Virus record (IMG/VR): IMGVR_UViG_3300031539_000004
Location: 64,696 to 128,695 of that record
Source of the DNA: a virus
Strand: one strand, 5' to 3'
Length of the DNA stretch: 64,000 nt
Below, in pieces: positions 35,393 through 44,543 of the stretch (positions within the stretch are counted from its first letter, which is position 1; each line of letters opens with the position of its first letter). Position numbers and translations under genes: made by a program. The notes beneath the pieces were generated by a model. That model saw only the letters and a program-made list of their open reading frames with translations, was not told the DNA's origin and ran no database searches.

Positions 35393-36475
35393 ATGGATCG
35401 CCAGATCATCACCGACACCTCCCGCGTTTCGCCCGGATCGGTGCCCGAGCAGCGGCTGCTGGCGAAGCTCATGGCCGACGGGTACGCCCACATCCGAACC
35501 GGGTCCTGCGACTCGCCGGTCGATCTCACCGAGGTCCGACCCGTGCTTGAGAAGGCCTTCGGGGCCGCCGCGGTCGAAGCCGAGGGGTGCGGCGGCGGAA
35601 CGTCGCTCCTCCTCGAGGACGGCGGCGGGGTGTTGTGGGTCGAATACTCGCCGCGGTGGCACGAGTGGCATTGGGCCGTCGCGTCGAACCTGGCGTCGAA
35701 CACCGAGCGGTGGGCCGCCGCGATGACCGGGATGCTCCCCCCGTTCGAAGCGGTCAGCGACGACGGTCGGCTCTACACGAACTTTTGGGCGAAGCACCCG
35801 ATGGCCGGCGGGTACTCGTATCTGCGGCCGATCGAGGTCCAGGGCTGGTCGGAGATCGCCGGGAACTACCCCGAGTCGGTCCGGGCCGAGCTCGGGAAGC
35901 TCGTCACGATGCGCGACCCGGGGGCTGGCGGCAAGCTGGTGCTCCTTCATGGGCCGCCGGGTACCGGCAAGACCCGGTCGATCATGGCGCTCCTGGCCGC
36001 GTGGCGCGAGTGGTGCGAGCCGCACGTCATCACCGACCCCGACTCGTTCTTCAACCACCTCGACTACATGAACGACGTGATCCTCGGCGGCGGCTTCGAT
36101 GACGGCCGGTGGCGGGTGCTCATCGTGGAGGACGGCGACGAGTTCATGGACGTCGACGCCAAGAGTCGAACCGGGCAGGCGCTCAGCCGGCTGCTCAACC
36201 TCGGCGACGGGATCGTCGGCCAAGGGCTGAACGTGCTGACCATCATCACGACGAACGTCGAGATGGGTTCGCTGAATCCGGCGGTGGCGAGGACGGGGCG
36301 TTGCATGACGAACCTCCACTACCCTGCCTTCGACCAGGCCGAGGCCGAGTCGTGGCTGGCTTCCCGCCAGCTCGAGGGTGTCGAGGTTCCCGAGGACGGG
36401 ATGACGCTGGCCGATCTGTACGGGGCGAAGCGTCGCTCCGACCATCTGGCCGACGTGCTCGGCCGATTCGACTGA
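35393..36475 (+). CDS. AAA-family ATPase (DUF5925-like), paralog A
   Basis: LVLLHGPPGTGKT, LIVEDGDE, LSRLLNLGDGIVGQG, IITTN. Confidence 0.85.
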   Translation: MDRQIITDTSRVSPGSVPEQRLLAKLMADGYAHIRTGSCDSPVDLTEVRPVLEKAFGAAAVEAEGCGGGTSLLLEDGGGVLWVEYSPRWHEWHWAVASNLASNTERWAAAMTGMLPPFEAVSDDGRLYTNFWAKHPMAGGYSYLRPIEVQGWSEIAGNYPESVRAELGKLVTMRDPGAGGKLVLLHGPPGTGKTRSIMALLAAWREWCEPHVITDPDSFFNHLDYMNDVILGGGFDDGRWRVLIVEDGDEFMDVDAKSRTGQALSRLLNLGDGIVGQGLNVLTIITTNVEMGSLNPAVARTGRCMTNLHYPAFDQAEAESWLASRQLEGVEVPEDGMTLADLYGAKRRSDHLADVLGRFD

Positions 36476-36486
36476 GGAGAACCGAC

Positions 36487-37581
36487 ATGGCCGAGGTCAC
36501 GCTCACGCTGCCGGTGACGAACACGTCACCCGCGGGGGTCCCGCTGGACCGCATCAACGCTGCGATCGCCGCCGGCGAGTTCGAGCTGGTGCGAGCGCAC
36601 CGCTTCTACTCGCTGACGCCGTGGGACGACGTGAAGACGTTCATCTCCAGGGTCGCGACGGTGAAGTACGAGGCCAGCATCGGCTACGAGACGACGCTCC
36701 TCGCCGAGACCGAGGACTCGGTGATCGCCCTGTCGTGCGAGTGGGGCGACGAGTGGACGCTGATCTGCGCGGTCCGCGCCGACGCTCGAGCGCAGAAGTG
36801 GATCGCGTCGATGGCGTCGATGCTCCCCGAGCCGCCTCCCCCGCCGCCGCCGCCACCGCGTCCCGACAACATGGTGCCGGTCATGTTCTGGATGCAGAAC
36901 CCGATGACCGGTGGCGCGTACGCTCGCCGCCGCGACATCGAGGTCCAGAAGTTCGAGGACGTCGCCGAGAACTACCCGGCCTCGACCCGCGCCGAGCTCG
37001 CCGAGCTCATGGCGCTCGAGGAGCCGGGGGCCGGCGGGAAGCTCGTGCTGTTCCACGGCCCTCCGGGGACCGGGAAGACGCGGGCGATCCTGTCGCTGAT
37101 CTCGGAGTGGCGTGACTGGTGCGCCGCTTCGGTGGTGACCGACGCCGACCGGTTCTTCGGCGACCCGACGTACCTCAACGACCTGCTCTTCGACTCGGCT
37201 GGCCGCAAGGACTGGCTGCTGCTGGTCATCGAGGACGGCGACGAGTTCATGAACGTCGGGTCCCGAGAGTCGAAGGGCCAGGACGTCGCCCGGCTGCTGA
37301 ACGTGGCCGACGGCATCATCGGCCAGGGCCTCAACGTCCTGACGTTGATCACCACGAACGTGGCGATGGACGAGCTGAACCCGGCGGTCGTGAGGACCGG
37401 CCGGTGCATGTCGAATCTGCAGTTCCCGGGGTTCGGCGAGGGCGAGGCCGCGGAGTGGCTCGAGGCCCACGGGGTCGACTACTCGGACGAGGATCTCGGC
37501 GGTTCGACCTTGGCCGAGCTGTACGAGCTGGTGCGCCGGACCGAGCGGGCGCAGAAGGCTCTGGCCCGTTTCGCCGACTAG
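36487..37581 (+). CDS. AAA-family ATPase (DUF5925-like), paralog B
   Basis: LVLFHGPPGTGKT, LVIEDGDE, ARLLNVADGIIGQG. Confidence 0.85.
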   Translation: MAEVTLTLPVTNTSPAGVPLDRINAAIAAGEFELVRAHRFYSLTPWDDVKTFISRVATVKYEASIGYETTLLAETEDSVIALSCEWGDEWTLICAVRADARAQKWIASMASMLPEPPPPPPPPPRPDNMVPVMFWMQNPMTGGAYARRRDIEVQKFEDVAENYPASTRAELAELMALEEPGAGGKLVLFHGPPGTGKTRAILSLISEWRDWCAASVVTDADRFFGDPTYLNDLLFDSAGRKDWLLLVIEDGDEFMNVGSRESKGQDVARLLNVADGIIGQGLNVLTLITTNVAMDELNPAVVRTGRCMSNLQFPGFGEGEAAEWLEAHGVDYSDEDLGGSTLAELYELVRRTERAQKALARFAD

Positions 37582-37598
37582 CCGGCGTCCTTGCTGCC

Positions 37599-37617
37599 TG
37601 TAGCTTCGCAGGCTACG
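37599..37617. promoter_or_regulatory. YGTAG-N9-CTACR palindrome (overlaps -10 TACGAT)
   Basis: tgtag cttcgcagg ctacg. Confidence 0.8.
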
Positions 37618-37646
37618 ATCCACCGGTACCCGACAACCGGAGGAAC

Positions 37647-38372
37647 ATGATGAGCGGACAACTGCCCGACGCCGACGAGGCGCGCCGACAGGTGCTGAAT
37701 GAGGTCGCCCTCGAGGACGGCACGGTGCTGGTGAAGGGCGACGAGATCCATGCCCAAGGCGAGCCGGGTGCGACGTTCAAGTTCATCCACCTCGCGATCT
37801 CGCCTGATGGGTCGAGCCGGTGGGTGTCCTGCTACGGCGGCACGAAGGGCCGGGGGATGCATCGGGCGTTGCGACCCGAGAAGATCCGGGTCAAGAAGGG
37901 CACGAAGGCGGTCAAGATCGGCGACCCGACCGGCGAGGCTGCCGAGGAGTTCGTCGCTGAGGCCCCGCCCGAGGAGGAGGCTCCGGTCACCGAGACCGTC
38001 GAAGCCCCGCCCGAGGTCGCGCCGGAAGCTCCACCCGAGGCCCCGCCAGCGGAACCGGCCGACGAACCGGAGGTCGAGGAGCTGAAGGGCGAGGACTTCG
38101 AGGAGGCGGTGAAGCCGAAGCGTCGACCCGACAAGGCCGCCAAGGAAGGCGCGCTCGCCGAGGCGATCGCCGCTGGCCGGATCAAGGCGGGCACCGAGCT
38201 GCACCACGGCGAGTACCGCGGGGTCGTCACAGCGTCGGGGCACGTCGAGGTGGCCGGTGAGACCTACAACTCGCCGAGCACCGCAGCGAAGAACGCCGCG
38301 GGTCGCCAGTCGGCGAACGGGTGGGACTGGTGGAAACTCCCGAGCGGCGAGAAGCTCCAGACGGTCAGATGA
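37647..38372 (+). CDS. Protein with C-terminal RAMA domain and acidic Pro-rich linker
   Basis: GRIKAGTELH...VTASGHVEVAGETYNSPSTAA...NGWDWW. Confidence 0.75.
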   Translation: MMSGQLPDADEARRQVLNEVALEDGTVLVKGDEIHAQGEPGATFKFIHLAISPDGSSRWVSCYGGTKGRGMHRALRPEKIRVKKGTKAVKIGDPTGEAAEEFVAEAPPEEEAPVTETVEAPPEVAPEAPPEAPPAEPADEPEVEELKGEDFEEAVKPKRRPDKAAKEGALAEAIAAGRIKAGTELHHGEYRGVVTASGHVEVAGETYNSPSTAAKNAAGRQSANGWDWWKLPSGEKLQTVR

Positions 38373-38376
38373 GCGC

Positions 38377-39120
38377 ATGGACATCGAACTGCTCGACCGT
38401 TACCAGCGCGCCACCGGCTTCATGGGGGTCGGCGATCCGTTCAACGCGGGCTTCGATCAGGTAGACCGGCTCCTCGATTCGGGGCGCGGTCGCCGCGAAG
38501 CGTGCATCGAGTTCTCGTGGTCGGTCCCGACCCTCGAGGCGGTCATGGCGCTCGTCGCCTGCGGGCCGATCATCGACCCGATGGCGGGCACCGGCTATTG
38601 GGCGATGCTGGTCGACCAGGCCGGCGGCGATGTGATCGCTTCGGATGTGATCCTCCCCGGCGACGACCCCGAGGAAGCGGCCGAGATCACCAGCTCCTTG
38701 TGCGGCTACGGGAACCCGTGGCACGCCGAGGGCGGCCGCCAGTGGTTCCCCATCGGTCGTCAGGATGCCCGTCAGGCGGCCTCAGATCACCCTGAGCGCA
38801 CGCTCGTCCTCTCCTGGCCCCCATACGGCGACGAGATCGGCGCGGCCGTCGAGGAGGCGTTCTGGACGGCCGGCGGGAAGCGGATGGTCTACATCGGCGA
38901 ACCCGGCGAGGGTTGCACCGGTGATGAGGTGTTGCACGCCCGGCTCGGCTGGTCGCCGCTCTGTCGGGTCCACGAGTTCGACTTCGACCCCGATGAGTAC
39001 GAGTGCGTCTGCGAGCTCGCCGGCGCTCAGCGGTGGCTCCAGGTGTCGGAGGTGTCGCTCCCGCAATGGTTCGGGATGCACGACGCCCTGTTCATCTTCG
39101 ACCGGAAGGACCCCGCATGA
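38377..39120 (+). CDS. Class I SAM-dependent methyltransferase-like protein
   Basis: FSWSVP, IIDPMAGTGYW, VIASD, LVLSWPPY. Confidence 0.75.
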   Translation: MDIELLDRYQRATGFMGVGDPFNAGFDQVDRLLDSGRGRREACIEFSWSVPTLEAVMALVACGPIIDPMAGTGYWAMLVDQAGGDVIASDVILPGDDPEEAAEITSSLCGYGNPWHAEGGRQWFPIGRQDARQAASDHPERTLVLSWPPYGDEIGAAVEEAFWTAGGKRMVYIGEPGEGCTGDEVLHARLGWSPLCRVHEFDFDPDEYECVCELAGAQRWLQVSEVSLPQWFGMHDALFIFDRKDPA

Positions 39121-39497
39121 TCTTGGCGATCGTCGGCACCCGCACGTTCGTCGCGCCCGACGGCGAGGCGCGCGCCCGTGAGATCATCCGCGCCGAGCTC
39201 GCCGAGCGGAAGCCCGAGCTGGTGATCTCGGGCGGCGCGTCCGGCGTCGATTCGTGGGCGGCCGAGGAGGCGCTGCTCCTCGAGCTGGCGGTGGAGGAGA
39301 TCACCCCGTTGCACGCCCGGTGGGAACCGAACGGGTACAAGGCCCGGAACATGCTCATCGCCGAGCGGTGCGACGAGCTGATCTCGATCCGTTGCGGCCA
39401 GGCGACGAGCTACGGGTCCGGGTGGACCGCCGATCGGGCGGCCGAGCTCGGGAGGCCGGTGACCCGCTACACGCTGGATCCTGTCACAGCGGTGTAG
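39117..39497 (+). CDS. SLOG-superfamily (YspA/DUF2493-like) protein
   Basis: LAIVGTR, VISGGASGVD, GYKARNMLIAE. Confidence 0.78.
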   Translation: MILAIVGTRTFVAPDGEARAREIIRAELAERKPELVISGGASGVDSWAAEEALLLELAVEEITPLHARWEPNGYKARNMLIAERCDELISIRCGQATSYGSGWTADRAAELGRPVTRYTLDPVTAV

Positions 39498-39511
39498 TAG
39501 GGTCAGCTACA
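39493..39511. promoter_or_regulatory. YGTAG-N9-CTACR palindrome
   Basis: tgtag tagggtcag ctaca. Confidence 0.78.
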
Positions 39512-39556
39512 TGATGAACCCGGGGAACCGCCCCGGTCTGAGCAAGGAGGAGCCAC

Positions 39557-39862
39557 ATGGCTCACAAGCTGGAGCAGGTCAGCCACCCGAAGGCGCAGGC
39601 GAACCGAGTCGCGAAGGCGATTCGGATCGTGGCCTTCCTCGAGACGAGCGACTTCCTGTCGACGGTGTGCCCCGAGAGCGTCGCCGCGCTCGGCCCCGCG
39701 GCGTGGGAAGCCTTCGCCGCCGAGTTCGATGAGACGGTCCCGAGCGTCGAGACGATCGCCGTGGTGATCGGGGTCGTCGCCGGTCGCGCCATCGGGGACG
39801 TCGAGTTCACCGTCGAGGACGGCGAGGTCGCCGAGGTCGCCACTCTGGCGGCGGTGAGCTGA
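39557..39862 (+). CDS. Hypothetical protein
   Basis: RBS AAGGAGGAG. Confidence 0.7.
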   Translation: MAHKLEQVSHPKAQANRVAKAIRIVAFLETSDFLSTVCPESVAALGPAAWEAFAAEFDETVPSVETIAVVIGVVAGRAIGDVEFTVEDGEVAEVATLAAVS

Positions 39863-39865
39863 GCG

Positions 39866-40105
39866 ATGCGAACGCCGAGGCCAGCCGAGTTCGCCGCGGC
39901 CTTCGCGCTGTTGACCGATGACCGGCTCCCGGCGGCGGTGGAGGAAGCTCGCCGCCGTCGGGGTTTGTCGACCCGGGCCGCAGCCGCCGAGATCGGGACG
40001 CATCACAACACCATCGTCCGGTTGGAGCGCGGCCAGATCGCCACGTCGCAGATGCTGCTGAAGACGATCGCCAAGATCGTCGTGTGGCTCGAGGAGGGGT
40101 CGTGA
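39866..40105 (+). CDS. XRE/Cro-type helix-turn-helix protein
   Basis: ARRRRGLSTRAAAAEIGTHHNTIVRLERG. Confidence 0.85.
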   Translation: MRTPRPAEFAAAFALLTDDRLPAAVEEARRRRGLSTRAAAAEIGTHHNTIVRLERGQIATSQMLLKTIAKIVVWLEEGS

Positions 40106-41181
40106 GTCGCCTCGCTGACCGGCTCGGCGGCGGGATCCGCGTGGGATTCGAGTCCCGCGAGGAGCAGGAGAGGGCCATCGCCGAGTCGACGGCCCGAGCT
40201 TCGCAAGCGATCCATCGTGACTCCCCGGTGTACGAAATCTCGAACGTGCTGCGGCTATACCGTGAGCAGCGCGACCAGTACCCGAACCTCGACTCGTTCC
40301 CGATGGTCGCCCCACCCCACGACAACTACCTGATGGAAGCCCGGTGGCCGCAGGGGTCGCTCGACGGCGAGCGGTTCACCGAGCCGAAGCAGGTCGGGCT
40401 GCTCTTCGCCCGCATGCCCGATTCGGAGGGGTGGGATGGTGGGCCGAGCTGCGCGCTGGCGGTCCTCGCCGTCGGGTTCTGGCGCGGGAAGCCGGACCAT
40501 CTCGGGTCGTGGAGGCTCATCATTGACGAGGTGGGCGGCCTGGCGGTCGCCGATCCGACGCCGGCGCAAGGCCTTCGTCGCTGGCATTCGAGGCGGGTCG
40601 CCGGGCAGGTCGATACGGTCGCGAGGCACCGTGATCTCCTGCGGGATCTGGAAGGCCGGATCGAGTCGGGCGATGAGGATGAGCGGGCCAAGGCGCTCCG
40701 CGACGCCGAGGCGGCGCTCGAGGACGCCGCCGGCGAGCTTGAGGCGACGGAAGCCGAGCTGGCCGAGATCGAGGCCGAGCTCGACAAGGTGATCATGGGG
40801 ATGATGGAGCGCGAGATCCTGTACCCGGCGCTCCTCACGCACTCGCTCCTCAACTGCCGGAACGTCGAGGTCGAAACGAACGCCCCGCCGGCGAAGCTGT
40901 CGAAGCGGCACCAGCGGAAGCGGGGCGCGCCGATGGTGAAGTTCAAGACGCTGAAGGTGAACCCGATGGGCGGCGGGCGGCGGTCCTCGAGCGGTGGTGG
41001 CGGGACCGTCGATCTTGGCGGCGGCCAGACGGCGCTCCACATTGTCCGCGGCCACTTCAAGACCTACACGGCTGACCGGCCGCTCCTCGGTCGTCACGTC
41101 GGCACCTACTGGTGGCAGGCGAACGTGCGAGGCTCGATCGACAACGGGGTCGTCGTGAAGGACTACGAGGTCGAGGTGTGA
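40102..41181 (+). CDS. Conserved phage hypothetical protein
   Basis: C-terminal HIVRGHFKTY...YWWQANVRG; coiled-coil insert. Confidence 0.75.
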   Translation: MSRLADRLGGGIRVGFESREEQERAIAESTARASQAIHRDSPVYEISNVLRLYREQRDQYPNLDSFPMVAPPHDNYLMEARWPQGSLDGERFTEPKQVGLLFARMPDSEGWDGGPSCALAVLAVGFWRGKPDHLGSWRLIIDEVGGLAVADPTPAQGLRRWHSRRVAGQVDTVARHRDLLRDLEGRIESGDEDERAKALRDAEAALEDAAGELEATEAELAEIEAELDKVIMGMMEREILYPALLTHSLLNCRNVEVETNAPPAKLSKRHQRKRGAPMVKFKTLKVNPMGGGRRSSSGGGGTVDLGGGQTALHIVRGHFKTYTADRPLLGRHVGTYWWQANVRGSIDNGVVVKDYEVEV

Positions 41182-41726
41182 AGGTCGACCTGCTAGACGA
41201 TCTGGACTCGAACGGGTGGCACACCTCGGCTCACCCTCGGCCGATCTCGCTGAAGCGGTCGCTGCCGTTCTACACGCGGGGACCGAGCTACTACGTCCAC
41301 CGGGTCCGCTCGGGGCTGCTCCACCACGACGGGCGGATCTCCGTCACGTTCTGGTGCGGCCCGATCGGACACGGCAAGGGCGGCGCTCGGCTGGCCGCCG
41401 AACCTCCCGAGGGGTGCCAGGTCTGCTCGACGTGCGAGGGGCGTGCTGTCGGCTCGGGCCAGCTCGGCTCGAGGGTTCTCGCCGGCGGTCGTGAGGTGAT
41501 CTTCTCGCCGGCCCCTGGCCGCAAGATCGAGTGCGTGTGGGAGCGCGGGTCGCGCGGGTATGCGTGGATCGACTATCACCAGTGCCGGACCCGGGCGCGG
41601 TTCGTCGCTTCGAAGGACGGGGGGGAAGACCGGCCGACCTGCCTCTACCACACCCGGTCGATGAAGGCGATCAACGCCGGGTGGGTGTTCGCACCGATGC
41701 CGGCCCCATTCGAAAGCGGAGCGTGA
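41178..41726 (+). CDS. Hypothetical Cys/His protein
   Basis: Coupled GTG start. Confidence 0.65.
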   Translation: MKVDLLDDLDSNGWHTSAHPRPISLKRSLPFYTRGPSYYVHRVRSGLLHHDGRISVTFWCGPIGHGKGGARLAAEPPEGCQVCSTCEGRAVGSGQLGSRVLAGGREVIFSPAPGRKIECVWERGSRGYAWIDYHQCRTRARFVASKDGGEDRPTCLYHTRSMKAINAGWVFAPMPAPFESGA

Positions 41727-42553
41727 TGGCGAAGGACTACGCGGTGTGGCGGATGGACTCGGTCCTCGAGCCGTGGCCGATCGCCGACGGCGCAGCGCAG
41801 GCGGTCGTCACATCGCCGCCGTACTGGTCGAGGCGCAGCTACGGCGATGACGACGCCGAGCTCGGCCAGGGCGACGACCTCGACGCGTACGTCGACTCGC
41901 TCGTCTCGTGTTTCCGTGAGGCGCACCGGGTCCTCGCCGGCGACGGGCTGCTGTGGGTCAACCTCGGCGACTCCTCAGCGAAGTCGGGCGGCGCGGGCGG
42001 CGACTACAACAAGGGCGGCCGCAAGGAGGGGCAGCGGAAGTACCGGCAGGGCCGCTCGGGGTTGCCCGGCCCGCAGTACGCGCTCGTCCCGTTCCGGTTC
42101 GCGCTGGCGATGCAGGCCGACGGGTGGCTCGTCCGCAAGTCGATCGTGTGGGACAAGTCGCCGACGGTGAGGCCCGAGGACCCGAACCATGTGCGCCGAC
42201 CGCTCGAGGCGCACGAGCACATCTTCATGCTGGCCCCGGGGCGCAACCGGTTCGACCGGGCCGGCCTTGAGCTGGCGGGCGAGCTCGGCGACGTCTGGCA
42301 CTTCCAGCCCGAGACGAGGGCGCGCCAGGACTCGAAGGGGAACCGTCACCCGGCCCCGTACCCTCCCGAGCTTCCGTTGCGGTGCCTGCGAGCGTCGGGG
42401 GTGAAGCCCGGCGAGTTGGTGGTCGACCCGTTCCACGGCTCGGGTTCGTCGGGCGACGCGGCCCGCGAGCTCGGCTGCGGCTATGTCGGAATGGACCTGT
42501 ACGTCGGGCGTCAGCGCCGACGTTCTCGGGGGAGTTCTAGAACAACCCGCTGA
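41726..42553 (+). CDS. N4/N6 DNA methyltransferase
   Basis: VVTSPPY, LWVNLGD, HPAPYP, VVDPFHGSGS. Confidence 0.92.
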   Translation: MAKDYAVWRMDSVLEPWPIADGAAQAVVTSPPYWSRRSYGDDDAELGQGDDLDAYVDSLVSCFREAHRVLAGDGLLWVNLGDSSAKSGGAGGDYNKGGRKEGQRKYRQGRSGLPGPQYALVPFRFALAMQADGWLVRKSIVWDKSPTVRPEDPNHVRRPLEAHEHIFMLAPGRNRFDRAGLELAGELGDVWHFQPETRARQDSKGNRHPAPYPPELPLRCLRASGVKPGELVVDPFHGSGSSGDAARELGCGYVGMDLYVGRQRRRSRGSSRTTR

Positions 42554-42618
42554 CCAGCGGTTATGCGAGGCCCTTTCCGCCCGCTGTAGTCGCTTCGGCT
42601 ACACGGGCATGGTACGTT
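42533..42618 (+). promoter_or_regulatory. Leaderless promoter with palindrome over -35 and upstream element
   Basis: TCGCTT-N17-TACGTT; palindrome 42585-42603. Confidence 0.82.
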
Positions 42619-42625
42619 GGTGTCC

Positions 42626-42916
42626 ATGAGGAAGCCCACCACCACAGGAGAAGGCACCATGACCATCACCGCTTACGAAGAGACCGCATCGAACAGCGAC
42701 GCCGCCAAGGACGCCGAGCGCACCGCCCGCGACATGGTCTACGCACTGGCGACCGACGGGGGCAACGACCCCTACGCCACCTGCGCCGACGAGGGCGACA
42801 TCGCCGAGTCGATCGCCGACGAGCTGGCGGTCACGCACGGCCTCAGCGTCGAGCTGGCCTTCGAGATCGCCGAGCAGGTCGCCGGTGAGACCATCGACAC
42901 GATCCGCTGCGGCTGA
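42626..42916 (+). CDS. Acidic hypothetical protein (leaderless, second start 42659)
   Basis: TACGTT-N7-ATG; internal AGGAGAAGG RBS. Confidence 0.7.
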   Translation: MRKPTTTGEGTMTITAYEETASNSDAAKDAERTARDMVYALATDGGNDPYATCADEGDIAESIADELAVTHGLSVELAFEIAEQVAGETIDTIRCG

Positions 42917-42946
42917 GCAGCGACACTGGAACGAGGAGGAACCCCG

Positions 42947-43132
42947 ATGGCGAAGAACCGCAAGACGAGCACCCACCGCCGAGACCTCTCCGGTCTCCGT
43001 GGTCGCGAGCGCGCCGAGCACTTCGCCAACGGCGGCACCGTCGCCCAATGGCGCGGCGCAGCTCGCACCTACGACAACAAGACCAAGGCCCGCGCTTCGA
43101 AGGAAGCGTGCCGCGGCCGGGTCACCAACTGA
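42947..43132 (+). CDS. Small basic protein
   Basis: RBS GAGGAGG. Confidence 0.65.
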   Translation: MAKNRKTSTHRRDLSGLRGRERAEHFANGGTVAQWRGAARTYDNKTKARASKEACRGRVTN

Positions 43133-43143
43133 AGGAGAGGCCG

Positions 43144-44061
43144 ATGGCCTACGCCAAGAAGTCACGCGACGACCAGAAGGCCGAGGCAGCGGAGGCGCTC
43201 GAGCGTCTGCACGGGCAGGTCGCCGAGATCAACGGCTCCGAGGAGTGGCTCGACTACCTCGCCACGATGAGCAAGTTCCGGTCGTACTCGCCGCTCAACA
43301 CGATGCTGATGTGGATGCAGTGGGAGGGCCGACGGCGTGAGAACCCCGAGCTGCCCGAGCTGAGCCAGCCCGCCGCCTTCTCGAAATGGAAGGGCATGGG
43401 CCGCTGGATCCGCAAGGGCGAGAAGGGCCTCGGGGTGCTGGTCCCGATCCGGGTGACTGACCGCGACGCCGAACCGGGCGACGATGGCCGCCAGCCGAAG
43501 AAGCTGGTCGGCTTCCGGCTGGTGTTCAAGACCTTCGATGTGGCGCAGACCGACGGCGAGCCGCTCCCCGAGAACCCGATCCGAGAGGAGATGGTCGAGG
43601 GTGAGGGCGACGAGGCGGTGTGGGCGGCGCTGGTCGACCAAGCCGAAGCGCTCGGCTACCGGGTCGAGATCGCCGACGAGGTGCTCCCCGCTCACGGCGA
43701 CTGCAACTTCCTCCTGAAGCGGCTCCGGGTCGCCGAGTCGCTCCCGGCCGCTCAGCAGGTCAAGACGCTGGTGCATGAGCTGGCCCACGCCACGCTCCAC
43801 AGCCCCGACGAGTACCTGCTGGCCCACAGCACCCCGTACCACGTCGCTGAGGTCGAGGCCGAGTCGGTCGCCTTCACGGTGATGGCGCTCCTCGGGCGGG
43901 ACACCTCGAGCTACAGCGTCGGGTACGTCGCGAGCTGGTCGAAGGGTGACGGTGAACTGATCGCCAAGACCGCCGAGAAGGTGATCGGCACCGCGCAGCG
44001 AATCGCCGAGGCCGTCGAGGCGTCGGTCGAGGTACAACAGGAGGCCGCTTCGGCGGCATGA
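43144..44061 (+). CDS. ardC: ArdC-like ssDNA-binding / zincin-domain antirestriction protein
   Basis: YSPLNTML, FSKWKGMGRWIRKGEKG, FDVAQT, TLVHELAH, EVEAES. Confidence 0.85.
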   Translation: MAYAKKSRDDQKAEAAEALERLHGQVAEINGSEEWLDYLATMSKFRSYSPLNTMLMWMQWEGRRRENPELPELSQPAAFSKWKGMGRWIRKGEKGLGVLVPIRVTDRDAEPGDDGRQPKKLVGFRLVFKTFDVAQTDGEPLPENPIREEMVEGEGDEAVWAALVDQAEALGYRVEIADEVLPAHGDCNFLLKRLRVAESLPAAQQVKTLVHELAHATLHSPDEYLLAHSTPYHVAEVEAESVAFTVMALLGRDTSSYSVGYVASWSKGDGELIAKTAEKVIGTAQRIAEAVEASVEVQQEAASAA

Positions 44062-44468
44062 CGAAGGAGGGGCCGATGGGCTTCGAAGAGGACAAGCGCC
44101 AGTGGGAGGGCATATACGCCCTCTTGAATCAGGGCCGGTTGTGGGTCGACCGCGACGCCAACCGGGTGGAGATCGCCGAGATGCCAGCGACCTACCGGGC
44201 GAACGTGGTCCGGTGGCTGCGATCGCGGGCTGTCGGCCTCGAGTGGAAGTACGGGTTCGGCGAGGCGATCTCGATGGGCCGGTACGAGGACGCCTTCGGG
44301 CTCCCCGACGACTTCGACATCCCGATGCACGACGACGAGTGGCCGCTCCACATCGACCTGCGGACCGCCGCGGGGAAGCGGGAGTGGCGTGAGCTGTGCC
44401 TCGGCTGGATTGAGGGGACCCGGCTGGTGAGGTCGCTGCGGGTGGGCGCGGAGGTCACGATCGGCTGA
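44058..44468 (+). CDS. Hypothetical protein
   Basis: Coupled ORF. Confidence 0.7.
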   Translation: MTKEGPMGFEEDKRQWEGIYALLNQGRLWVDRDANRVEIAEMPATYRANVVRWLRSRAVGLEWKYGFGEAISMGRYEDAFGLPDDFDIPMHDDEWPLHIDLRTAAGKREWRELCLGWIEGTRLVRSLRVGAEVTIG

Positions 44469-44543
44469 CCGCTCCCCGGTTGCCCTCGGGGTTCCGGTGT
44501 ACGCTCGACCGTCAGATGGGCTACACCGATCCCGAGGGCTGAC

